A stretch of DNA of 64,000 bases, taken from Octopus sinensis (lineage: Eukaryota). Location: positions 88,288,001-88,352,000 of the forward strand of contig NC_042999.1 of the NCBI RefSeq assembly GCF_006345805.1, written 5' to 3'. Positions within the stretch are counted from its first letter, which is position 1; each line of letters opens with the position of its first letter. The position numbers and the translations under genes are program-made. The notes under the pieces are model-generated. The model was not told the origin of the DNA, did not search any database, and saw only the letters and a program-made list of their open reading frames with translations. Positions 12,986 through 24,728 of this stretch are shown here, piece by piece.

Positions 12986-13860
12986 TGGAGTCAATGAGAT
13001 AAGGCCATAGTTAAAAACAAAAGATAAGTTATATCATTACAAAGAATTTAGAAATATGGGTAAGTTATTTTGACTAAACCTTAATCATATGGATCAGAGC
13101 ATCAACAACTTAAATAATCTAAACTGTATGATGTTGAAAAAGTCCAAATTAAAAAAAAAATAAAATGATAAAATGATTTTAAAAAAAAGGGGGCGTTACT
13201 GGTAACAAAATCAAGTGAGATGGAATGGAAAAAATATTTACTACAAAGAAAATCAATAAAATGCTGTTGAGAACAATAGCAAATTATTGTTACCTTGAAG
13301 ATATCTTCAGTAAAAAAAAGAAGAAACTGATTTATGTAATCTAAATCAAATGATATATATTTAGTAGGCAATGTGTTATAAAAAATAAGATGGATAAAAA
13401 TCTTTGAATGAAAAATCTATCTCACAAAATAAATACATGGATAAAATTTTGAAAAATGATCATGACATAAATATACATTTTAAAGAGAGGAAGAAGTACA
13501 TAACACCTCGAGACATTCTGTGTCATAAGTCATTAACACAGTCTTCTAACAGACAGAAACGTCCTTTTCCTGTCACCAAAAATGACATGACTCGGTGTAA
13601 ATATCTAAAATGATATCAAATACTGGTGTATTACATCTTTAATTGATATATTATTGGCTATCAGTAGCAGTAATTTGATGATCAGTTAAAGGTATTTTAA
13701 TAACATTTTTTTGCTTTTCTTTATTTAATCTGTAACTTATACAACTGGAAAAATGTGATCTCTTTCATTCTTAGAAAATTAACAAAGAAAAAAAAATGCT
13801 TATCAGCTGACTAGAGCTACTTTCCTCATGACTTATTAATATTGATGATACTTTCATCAT

Positions 13861-13995
13861 TATATTTCCAATGCACTGAATATCTTCAGTGCACTTAATG
13901 TTTTCAGCACACTGAACACTTTGAGTGCACTCAACATTTTCAGAAAAATTGATATTTTCAGTGCACAGAGAATATGAGTGCACTTCTCCAATGAA
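13861..13995. repeat. Cryptic 18-bp periodic repeat, about 6-7 units
   Basis: Units resemble TTCAGTGCACTGAATATC. They translate as (FSALNI)n on the plus strand or (CTEDIQ)n on the minus strand. Confidence 0.7.
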
Positions 13996-15578
13996 CTAGA
14001 TTATATTTTAAATGGTTGACCTTCAAAGAAGTTCTAAGCATGCACAATGTTTTACTTGAAATCCTAGTTTATATGGATCATTTCATTTCCCTTGCTAGTT
14101 AAGTCCACTGTTTTAAAGAACAACCAGATCACTGTCACAACTATGAACATCACTGACAACATTAGTTTCATGTATTTGAACAGTCCTCTAAATTTCAGAT
14201 CAGCTTGTTTAAAATTACTTATATAATATGGACCTGTATTTGATTAAGCATACCTAGCACGAGACTTGAAACTTACTTGCTACAGTGAAATAGAAAGCAA
14301 TTTTATTCAACTAAAATTATTATTTTTATGTAGTTACAGAATATTAGATATGTAGAGGAGACTAAAAAGCTGACACGCCATAATTTATACAATACATAGC
14401 AATAAACTCATATCTCAATGTAATCTTTGTTACTGTTAAAGGAATACTAACAAGGTAATGTTTGATGTTATTAAAGAAATATATGGTAAACATTGAAACG
14501 TTTCAAATGTGCTAGCTTCTTCATATATTTATATTGACAAAAGAGAAGGAAAACTGTCATTGATTTTTTAGTAGAAATCAAATATTGAAGAATAAGATGT
14601 AATGTATTTTTTAGCAAACAGAATTAGAATGATTGCTTATGATACTGCTTTTGTGAATCATCACAGAATGATAAAAGGTAAATACACACAGAAAAATCAA
14701 TTATGAAGCATAAAGATCTATTGAATGCCAACTCATTTCTCTTTGCTGAAACACTGCCCTGTATTGTCATTATAATTTTCCATAAACACATCAAGCTTTG
14801 CAGAGTTCTATCACCAATTAGGAAAACTAACGTAAGTTATCAATTAGAGCAATTAAGAGAAGATATTGATAAATGCATATAATTGTACCTTTTTGATGCC
14901 ATTTTTTAGGGTGAGCAACATTTGATTAGGAAACTGCAATGATTTTTGCATTACCTGCTTCAGGGAAACAACTGGAAAGTTTTGTAGGAAGTAGAATACC
15001 TGTACCATAGCTTTTCTCTTCTGTACAAAATAATGGTAGTTGTGTATCTTTACTTGTTAACATGTTCAAACATTAGGATCAACAAAAAAATATCATCTTT
15101 GTTCACATGATCCATATTGATTTTCAAACAAAGATAAGAAATTTTATTAATTTTTTTCATATTACCAAAGCCTGGATCATGGAATTACTTGTATCATACT
15201 TCTAGCATGGTACTCTCTTAATTATTGTTAGGCCTCATGAGATAAAAACAGAACTTTTATTCCTGAATATGGTGAAAGTTTGTTAAGTAAAGTACATGTA
15301 TACACTTATTCATATATTTTGTGCATATTAGCTAAAGGGTTAGATGTTAACTATTTCACACAAATTAAGGATATTAACGAAGGCTAGTTCCTTTATTCTT
15401 ATCTAATTCTGCTCTATTTTTCATCTAACAAGAAGCATTACAAAGTCAAATTAAGCTTAATTTTTATAGTGATGAACTTATGAAAGATATTCCAATAGAA
15501 CTTCTCAGTCAAGTTGATCATTATCTTTTAAACAAGTATATAAATGTATCTGACCATGGTCAATGCTAATGTCCCCTG

Positions 15579-16030
15579 ACTGGCTCCTGTGCTGGTAGCA
15601 TGTAAAAAGCACCATCTGAACATGGTTGATGCCAGACCCACCAGACTGGCTTCTGTGATGGTGGCACATAAAAAGCACCATCTGAATGTGGCTGATGCCA
15701 GTACTCTCAGGTTGGCTCCCGTGCTGGTGGCACATAAAAAATGTGATTAATGCCAGGCCCACCTGACTGACTCCTGTACTGGTGGCACATAAAAAACACC
15801 ATCCAAAAGTGATCGATACCAGTTCACCTAACTGGTTCCTGTGCCAGTGGCACATAAAAAGCATCCACTACACTCTCAGAGTGGTTGGCTTTAAGAAGGG
15901 CATCCACCTGTAGAAACATTGCCTGATCAGACTGGAGGCTGGTGCAGCTGCTGGCTCTCCAGATCTCTGAGAAACTGTCCAACATACCATCCAGCATAAA
16001 AAACAGATGTTAAACAATGATGATGATGGT
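15579..16030 (+). mobile_element. RTE 3' UTR copy with five tandem ~55-66-bp units and (GAT)n tail
   Basis: Units CTGGCTCCTGTGCTGGTGGCACATAAAAAGCACC..., then the conserved core GAGTGGTTGGC.TTAAGAAGGGCATCCA.CTGTAGAAAC and the tail GTTAAACAATGATGATGATG. The same UTR follows the RT ORF at 54605-55602. Confidence 0.85.
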
Positions 16031-16117
16031 ATTCATATAATTAGTTCCCAATCACTTGGTTTCAAGTTCAACCTTACTGAACCAAGTGGACAGACACTCA
16101 AAGCAGCCTGCTGTACA

Positions 16118-16237
16118 AACATACATACATACATACATACATACATACATACATACATACATACATACGCACACACACACACACACACACACACATACAT
16201 ACATACATACATACATACATACATACATACATACATA
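16118..16237. repeat. Compound (CATA)n(CA)n(CATA)n microsatellite
   Basis: Direct reading. Confidence 0.97.
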
Positions 16238-16374
16238 CGATATGTAACACACTGCCTAAATACCAATCTTGAGAAATTAGGCATCTCAAAACCAGAGAGG
16301 AGAAAGCTAATTTGAAGATTACAGATCCACTCCATCACTTGAACTGTAAAAATCTGTAAAATTTTAAAATGCCG
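16238..16374 (+). mobile_element. R4/Dong-like RLE LINE C-terminal fragment
   Basis: Encodes RYVTHCLNTNLEKLGISKPERRKLI*RLQIHSIT*TVKICKI and is homologous to 22060-22190. It begins directly after (CATA)n. Confidence 0.65.
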
Positions 16375-17074
16375 TTTTTTTGGGGTTTTTTTTTTGGCAA
16401 AATCAGTATCTCCGTACTCAAAAATGGGGGATTCTCTAAAAAAAAAAGAAAACACTGAAAGGGAGTGTGGTCCACATTCTTTACATCCGCCTTAAATATG
16501 AACACCAACTTACTTATATAATCATGTTGGACGTTTGTAGCAGCAGCAGCAGCAGTAGTAGTAGTAATAGTAGTTATAGCAGCAGCTAGTTGGTAGCAGT
16601 TGTGGTTGTAATAGTTGTAGTTATGACAGTACTACAGATGGACAGAAATACCTTTATAAGTATGTTGGTGTGTAAGAAGATGTATACAGTAGATGTGTGG
16701 CAATAGCAATGATAATAGTGATGGTTATGATGTTATCAGTGCATGTTGAATTGCTTGCTTGACTACTGGCAATTATTGTGGATAGTATAATTATAAAGAA
16801 AAAAGATTCTTTTATAATTTACAAACAAAAGAAAATAGAAAAAGTGAGAGATAGTTGATTGTAGTGACTTTAGTGTCTGATTATCATATTAATCCAAATC
16901 TATATTACATTGTAGTGTATTGACAACATTACCAATTTTTGTTTACATTAATTCTTTCTTTTACTCTCTTACTCATTTCAGTCATTGAATTGCAATCATG
17001 CTGGTGTATCCACCTTCAATAATATATAGTTTTAAACATTGTCTTTCTTTAAACTTTGTATCACATATATTTTA

Positions 17075-17215
<141 letters not shown>

Positions 17216-17454
17216 CTAGACACAGAAAGACAAAATACAAAGTAGAGCTTTTCTTTTGAGAAGAAGAGAAGGGAAAAAGTGGGGGGGGGGCAATTCTGAT
17301 CAAAAGGGATCGTGAAAAAAAGTGGGGCTGATCAATAGGGATTGTGTATCACAGAAATGTCAATGTAAAAAGGGAAAACAGATTAGGTTTGTCTGTGGAT
17401 AGAAAAGCCTATGGAAAAGACCACAGGAAAAGACAGATGGATGGATGGATAGAT

Positions 17455-18260
17455 GAATCTAGAGGAGAATTAAAGAAGAAATTCCAGGTTTGGAACCTAA
17501 ACCTAGAAACAAGAGTTCTTAAGGTAAACTTAGCAAAAACAAAGGTTTTAGTGAATAGGAGAGAAGACTAGATGCTGGTATCCTCAGGAAAATAGCCTTG
17601 CTTGATATGTAAAAAAAGAATAGGCATAAATTGCATATACTGTGTCCTTTATAAGCTATGAGTATACAAGAGGTGTGGACTAACAGAGAATGTAAGCTTT
17701 ATATATGATAGATGCTCTGGAGCAGTATATACTATGAGCATATGGGAAATAGATTTGCTTATATGGCTGGATGGCTTACTAGAAGTAGCTGATAGCTATT
17801 GTTATGTAATTAGCATGGAAGGTGGTTGCTCTGAAAGTATAGCAGCCAGAGTAAGAACAGGCTGGTGAATGGTCAGGGTGTTACAGAGACTTTGTGTCTG
17901 GCAACAAAGGTCTCTTCTCCAGAGTGAAGGGCAGATTTATGATGCTTGTGTTAGAACTACCATGCTGCATGATAATATAACACAAGCTTTGAATGCAAAT
18001 GTCTTCAGATGACTGCTTCATTGAATCTACATTCTAAGTGTGCATGAATGACAAAGTACAAATATGCTTGGTAAAACACACTAGGTATAAGAATCAGATC
18101 TTATATGATAGAAGACTGTACTGGTATGGACATGTAATGTGTATGGACAAGGACACCACTAAAATGTCTTTGATCATAAATGTGCTGGATTAGGGCTGAA
18201 TTGGACGAAACAACAAAAGCAACATAGCAGAGAGGTTGATTGATAGGCATTGGATCAGCA
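17455..18260 (+). mobile_element. Decayed RTE LINE (RT C-terminal half)
   Basis: ELKKKFQVWNLNLETRVLKVNLAKTKVLV; ...YDACVRTTMLH; RLYWYGHVMCMD, homologous to the ORF at 55125-55526. Confidence 0.8.
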
Positions 18261-20334
18261 CTTATGATGCATATATATGATGAAAAGTATTTCAGCTTTG
18301 ACAATCTTGTCTTTTATTCAGTCAAAATGTATCGAAGATGTTGCTATCCAAAGTGTCCTTCTTTTTGAGTACAGTAGAGAGTAATTTCAGTGTGATGGAG
18401 GTTTTGTAGGTCAGGTTTGCTCACTAGCTTGATGTAGCGGAATAGTTTATTTCAGAGAGATGCAATGCTGAGAAAGGATAGTATAAATTGCATAGTATAA
18501 GGTTTGGGAGATAAGCCATAGTAGGGAAGATATGAAAAAATGAGACAGGTATAACAGATCAGAGTGGTTGAGTGGAGGAACAGAGTGGGTGAGTTTGATT
18601 AAGTAGTATGGAGAAAGAAAACAGCTTGATGGCCTGCCTTTAAACGAATTGTAACAGCAACTAATCAGTGGCTTGGCTATTTTTTAATGTATTTGAAATG
18701 TTTGTGTGTGGAAGGTTAACTGAATATAAAAGTCTATAGAACTTCAAATCTACTGGCTAAGTTATACAGGAGAGAAAAACAATATTTGTTTTATTTAGCA
18801 TAAAAAATAAATGATACATGCTAGATGAAAAGTGGATAAGAGTTGACATAGTAAGTAAGTTACTGGGATAGAAATAGATCAAGGTAAATTTAAAAAGCAG
18901 CTGTTAGATCTGATCATAGAATTTTGGGTCATCACTCTTGGGAGGAGATGATACAGAAACAATTCTTTAACCTCAAGTAAGCATTGCTGCATTGCAGATA
19001 CCTCAATATCATGCTGGAGTGAGTGAACTAAAATGATATTAATGGAGATTATTATAATAGTACTTACGGTCAAGTTAAGAATTATAAATATAAAGTAGTG
19101 GTAGCAGTAAAAGTGGTACATTGATGGTCTTGATGATAATCATTTCTACTAAAGGCACAAGGTCTGAAATTTGGGATGAGGCAGTGAGTCAATTAATTAA
19201 CCCTAGTGTTTCACTTGTATTTAATTTATCGACCCCAAAAGCATGAAAGGCAAAGTCAAGCTCAGTGGAATTTGAACTCAGAACAAAGACAGACAAAATG
19301 CCACAAAGCATCTTGCCTGGCTTGCTAATTATTCTGCCAGATTGCTGCTTTAATGATCTTGATAATAATGATGATCATTACCGTCATGATAGTGAAAATG
19401 TTATAAAGTTACCTACCAATTCAGGTGTAACATTAACAGTTGCTAAGGCTGGATGCCCTTTCCGCCAACAACCCTTACTTGTTGGGGAGTATCATCTAAG
19501 CAAGGTGATACTCACCAACAGCTAGACACATTTTTTTACAGAACATTGGAAATGAGCAAACAATTGTGAAGTGTTGAGGGTCATTTACAACTATTGCACA
19601 ATGTCAAGACAAGACACACACACACACACACACATATATGATGGGCTTAATTCTATTTCTGGCTACCAAATCCACTTTCAAAGTTTTGGTTGGCCTGAGG
19701 TGATTGCAGAAGACACTTTCACAAGATGAGTTTCAAGCAGTTGGATTGAAACCAAAACTATATACCTGGGGAGCAAAATTCTCAACCATGTATATACACG
19801 TGCATATATATGTGCATATTAGTTTAAGTAACTTCAAACTGCTGTACAATAACACCTTGCACCTTCCAACTCACCAGTTGCTGTTGTCACTCTAGGCTTC
19901 ACCAATTAAGTTTTTTTCCTGATAAAAAACGAATAAGCAACTAATGATGTTCAGCAGTAGAACATAAGTTACTAAGACCTTTGACAAAAACAATGATGTA
20001 TGCAGAGAATCAACCAATCAGAGCATTGGATCTCTACAGGTCAAAAACAAGTGATCAAAACAGTCAATGAACAAAGGACATCTCCAAGAAGTCAACCAGC
20101 AAGAATGCTGGATTTCTGCAAAGGCAGAATATGTGACAAGAACTTCCAGGAATTATCCAGCCAAAATGCTAGAGACTACAGGCAGACAAAGCAAGTGACA
20201 TCATTAAATTTACAACCAATCAGATCTTGAACCTTTGCCTTAAAAACCCATACATCCAAAGCAATTTTACCTGAAAACTGATCAAGCTCTTACCAGCAAA
20301 ACCAATGACAAAGAATCCTCCTTCATGCACTACT

Positions 20335-20935
20335 CTTTTATTCCTTTATCCTTTTACTTATTTCAGTCATTTGACTGTGGCCATGCTGCAGTACTGCATT
20401 TAGTTGAACAAATCGACTCCAGGACTTATTCTTTGTAAGCCTAGTACTTATTCTATCAACATTCAAAGATCATGCTCCACCACCCTGTCCCATGTCTTCC
20501 TGGGTCTACCTCTTCCATGGGTTCCCTCCACCATTAAAGTGTGACGCATCTTCACACCGCTGTCATTGTCCATTTGCATCACATGACCATACCAGTGCAG
20601 TCGTTTCTCTTGCACACCACATTTGATGCTTCATATGTCCGACTTTTCTTTCAGGATGCTTACATTCTGCCATGCATGCACACTGATATTACACATCCAG
20701 CAGAGCATACAAGTTTCATTTCTTACAAGCCTATGCATATATATATATATATATATATGCATATATTTATGACAGGCTTTTTTCAGTTTCCACCTATCAA
20801 ATCCTCTCATGAGGCTTTGGTCAGCTTGAGGCTATAGTAGAAGACACTTGCCCAAGGAGCCATGCAATGAGACTGAACTCAGAACCATGTGGTTGGGAAG
20901 CAACCTTCTTACCACACCGTCACTCCTGCACCTAT
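20335..20935 (-). mobile_element. Family 1 SINE halves flanking an RTE RT-end fragment
   Basis: SINE 3' part at about 20335-20457, RTE minus fragment at about 20461-20730 (matches 55230-55520), (TA)n, then SINE 5' part at about 20768-20935. Confidence 0.7.
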
Positions 20936-21436
20936 TACAGAAATTGTAAAACAAAAATACCTTTTATTATATGTTTTATTTTCTTATGCTTTTAAAAACT
21001 TCATTGTATTTAATTGTTGCTATAACTCAAACTTAATGAACTTACAATCATGTATGATGAATGAAATTCATCAAGCAGTTGAACTTATATAATTGCCTAC
21101 CTCTGAGAAAATTACTGATACTGGAATTTATATGAACATTTGATCTTGTAAGGAAATTTTTCCTAATTATCCATTGTACCTTCAATCTCTCTTCAAATTG
21201 TTTTATTTACCACTGTAAAGCAAAAATTTGAAAAACCAGTTTGGTATTTTATTAAATCAGTAAGAAAATTTTAAAATTACAACACATTTTAAAACACAGG
21301 TGCATTTTCAACCCCCACCCACAAACAAACTCTCTTATATATATATATTATATATAGCAAAGTAAAGTTGTAAGGTACCACACGAGTGGAAATATATATG
21401 AAATATATGTGCATTTTCAAACCTTCTTTCATTTAT

Positions 21437-21469
<33 letters not shown>

Positions 21470-21480
21470 AATATAAATAT

Positions 21481-21735
21481 AGGCCTCGTGCCGGTGGCAC
21501 GTAAAAAGCACCGTCCGTTCGTGGCCGTTTGCTAGACTCATCTAGGACCTGTGCCAGTGGCACGTAAAAAGCACCCACTACATTCATGGAGTGGTTGGCA
21601 TTAGGAAGGGCATCCAGCCGTAGAAACATTGCCAGATCAAACTGGGCTTGGTGCAGCCTTCTGGCTTCCCAGACCCCAGTTGAACCGTCCAACCCATGCT
21701 AGCATGGAAAGCGGACGCTAAACGATGATGATGTA
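21481..21735 (+). mobile_element. RTE 3' UTR copy (CpG-rich, two tandem units)
   Basis: GTGCCGGTGGCACGTAAAAAGCACC-type unit twice, conserved core, GCGGACGCTAAACGATGATGATG tail. It starts right after a (TA)n tract. Confidence 0.85.
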
Positions 21736-21956
21736 TGAATATACATACATACATACATATGTGTGTATGATAGGCTTTTTTCAGTCCCCATGCACCAAGT
21801 CCACTCACAAGTTCTGTGCTATAGTACAAGAAAATGGAGCAAACTTCTTACCTCACTGCCATACCTTTACCCATATACATACATACACACACACACACAT
21901 ATACACACACACGCACACACACATACACACACATACAAACATACGCACATACATAC

Positions 21957-22402
21957 AGTGAAAAACAGAATACCTTTGCTGAACTATTGAGAAATTTGCA
22001 GTTACTCTATCAAGATTACAAGTTCAGGTTTATACTTGCAAATATTGGGGCACAGGGATATGTAATATACTGCCTAAATACCAATCTTTAGAAATTAGGC
22101 TTCTCAAAACCAGAAAGGAGAAAGTTAATTTGAAGACTGCAGATCCAAGCCATCACTGGAACAGTAAAAATCTGCAAACTTTTCAAGATGTTTATCATCG
22201 AAGTATATACAAGTATGTCTAGATATGCAAGTATATAAATGAGAAGACACACATAAAACAAACATACAGATCTGCACATATACTTACAAACAAAAATAAC
22301 CTATTGTTGATGTCGAAATTCCAGTGAAGAAGTCTTGAATCTAGGTCAGAAACCATTTCTTTCTCTATTGGCAAGAAGTCTTGAAATAAAACTGAATTAT
22401 GA
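21957..22402 (+). mobile_element. 5'-truncated R4/Dong-like RLE LINE (ORF end plus 3' UTR) between (CATA)-type microsatellites
   Basis: SEKQNTFAELLRNLQLLYQDYKFRFILANIGAQGYVIYCLNTNL*KLGFSKPERRKLI*RLQIQAITGTVKICK. The IGA.G and GT.KI motifs resemble R4/Dong/Rex6 C-termini. The 3' end runs into GACATACATACATA. Confidence 0.7.
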
Positions 22403-22424
22403 CATACATACATACATACATACA

Positions 22425-22468
<44 letters not shown>

Positions 22469-22578
22469 ATATATAGAAACGTAGATACACACACACACAC
22501 ATAATATAGATAATATATACATGTGTTTTTCAGAAAAATTATATTAATGTGTCCAACTGATTAAAATTCTGTTTATTT

Positions 22579-22666
22579 GTGCGGCTGATGATGGCTCTTC
22601 ATTTAAATTGATGTAATGATTGCCTTGTTCAATTAAATGGAGCCGCTTGAAACGGGTGTACTGCAT
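22579..22666 (+). ncRNA. Type I hammerhead-ribozyme-like motif in a dispersed repeat
   Basis: GTGCGG-CTGATGA-[long stem II]-GAAAC-GGGT-GTA-CTGCAT. Stem I is GTGCGG/CTGCAT. The stem II junction is non-canonical. Confidence 0.55.
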
Positions 22667-22714
22667 CATTTCTTGATATCCTGTTGCTTATCTTGATTTT
22701 GTATGTGTGTATAT

Positions 22715-22754
<40 letters not shown>

Positions 22755-22759
22755 GCATT

Positions 22760-23400
22760 TATAGGTACAGGACGTCACCAACTGTATAAGCAACATGAAG
22801 TACAGGAACAAACGAATTAAATACATAAACAATGACAGAAAAATTGAAAACGGGACAAGTAAACACAGAAAACGACCCTTCATCAGTTGTTGGCTGTCTA
22901 TCTACTCCTCATTTCGAGCATTCACTGACAATATGAGTCTTTAAAGACAGTTGCTCCCATATGGGTACATGGAACATGAACTATTCTTTCGAACAACGAA
23001 AGACACAAATGGAAAACAAAACAAACATAATGAACGACCCTTTATCAGTTGTTGGCTTTCTCTCTAGTCTTGTATTTCGAGCATTTAACAACAATATACG
23101 TTTTCGATAAAACAGTTGCTCCTGCAAAACAAATTAAATAAAATTTGGGATTTTGCAGAGGGTCAAAATAGGTAACACAAGCAGGACAATGAAAACATAG
23201 ACGAGGTTGTGGTGGTGAACGCGTAAATCAAGCTAGGACAGGAGACAAACAAGAACACGTCTTCCTTGCTCCAGCTACAGTGGAGAGAAAGAAAGAAAGA
23301 TGGCCGATGGTCACGTGGGAGTCACATGAGTAAGAGAGGAAGAGAGTGACAGAGTAATAGAATTGAATAAGGGGAGAAGAGGAGGTAAAAGAAGACGAGA
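22760..23400 (-). mobile_element. Repeat with internal diverged direct repeats (Penelope-like, inferred)
   Basis: About 22868-22960 and 23033-23125 are diverged direct repeats (CGACCCTT.ATCAGTTGTTGGCT...TTTCGAGCATT...CAGTTGCTCC). The layout resembles 4445-5383. Confidence 0.4.
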
Positions 23401-23597
23401 GAAAAAAGAGAGAAAAACGAAAGAGTAAAAAGATCGTATAGAGTGGGCATTAGAATTATTAAGATAAAACTTACTTGGAAAAGGATTCGTGGTGTTCAAT
23501 CATATAATAATATAAATAATATGTATGCATGCATATATACATATATATATGTACATACTTACATCTATACGTATATATATATATATATATATATATA

Positions 23598-24728
23598 TAC
23601 TCTTACTCTTTTACTTGTTTCAGTCATTTGACTGCGGCCATGCTGGAGCACCGCCTTTAATCGACCCCGGAACCTATTCTTTGTAAGCCCAGTACTTATT
23701 CCATCGGTCTCTTTTGCCGAACCGCTAAGTGACGGGGGACGTAAACACACCAGCATCGGTTGTCAAGCAATGCTAGGGGGACAAACACACACACACAAAC
23801 ACACACACATATACACATATATATATAAATTTATATATGAGGATAATATCGATATTTAAGTGTCGAAATTATCAAGTGGCCAGCATGAAAGAAATACCTT
23901 ACAAAGGTAAAAAAATTTTTAACAATTAAAAATGAGGGTGTCTAAAAGACACCAACATGCCGAAATAGCAGTCGAAACTCTGACTATAAAACCACGTTAA
24001 ATGTTCATATCGCACCATGAGGTAAAGCGGAGGGACAAAACATACAGGCAAAAATTATTGAATAATTCAAGATCCAAGGATTTCTGGTTCTGCTTTAGAT
24101 AAGCTTTACCGTCATCAATTGAATATATCAAGGGTACATAAATACAGATATATATATGCACAGCAAACGATATACTTACATATACGAGCGTCGTACATAC
24201 ATACATATGCACGTATGGATACAGCCAGTTTGAATCGCCCGCCAAATCACCGCATTTTTTTTACCTTTGTAAGGTATTTCTTTCATGCTGGCCACTTGAT
24301 AATTTCGACACTTAAATATCGATATTATCCTCATATATAAATTTATATAATTCGTTATTATATTCACTGCGGTGCTTATTTTAACCATATCGTACTTATG
24401 CGGTGATTTGGCGGGCGATTCAAACTGGCTGTGTCCATACGTGCATATGTATGTATGTACGACGCTCGTATATGTAAGTATATCGTTTGCTGTGCATATA
24501 TATATCTGTATTTATGTACCCTTGATATATTCAATTGTTGACGGTAAAGCTTATCTAAAGCAGAACCAGAAATCCTTGGATCTTGAATTATTCAATAATT
24601 TTTGCCTGTATGTTTTGTCCCTCCACTTTACCTCATGGTGCGATATGAACATTTAACGTGGTTTTATAGTCAGAGTTTCGACTGCTATTTCGGCATGTTG
24701 GTGTCTTTTAGACACCCTCATTTTTAAT

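Noticed and set aside
13523-13604. Minus-strand candidate terminal exon (YLHRVMSFLVTGKGRFCLLEDCVNDL*)
   Set aside because: It needs a phase-2 upstream donor, and no credible one was found in the neighbouring candidates.
15579-15880. CRISPR-like repeat-spacer array
   Set aside because: The spacers are homologous to each other, the context is eukaryotic with no cas genes, and the array is part of an RTE 3' UTR.
18420-18680. Purine-rich segments resembling L2/CR1-type LINE 3' ends (also near 6.3, 25.7, 33.0, 37.7 and 43.7 kb)
   Set aside because: They are probably old LINE remnants, but too decayed for me to assign boundaries or a family by eye.
23930-23975. Hammerhead look-alike ATGA-GG-GTGTC-TAAAA-GACAC...CC-GAAA-TAGCA-GTC
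   Set aside because: Both B and B' have AAAAATGA where CTGATGA is required, so the core is incomplete.
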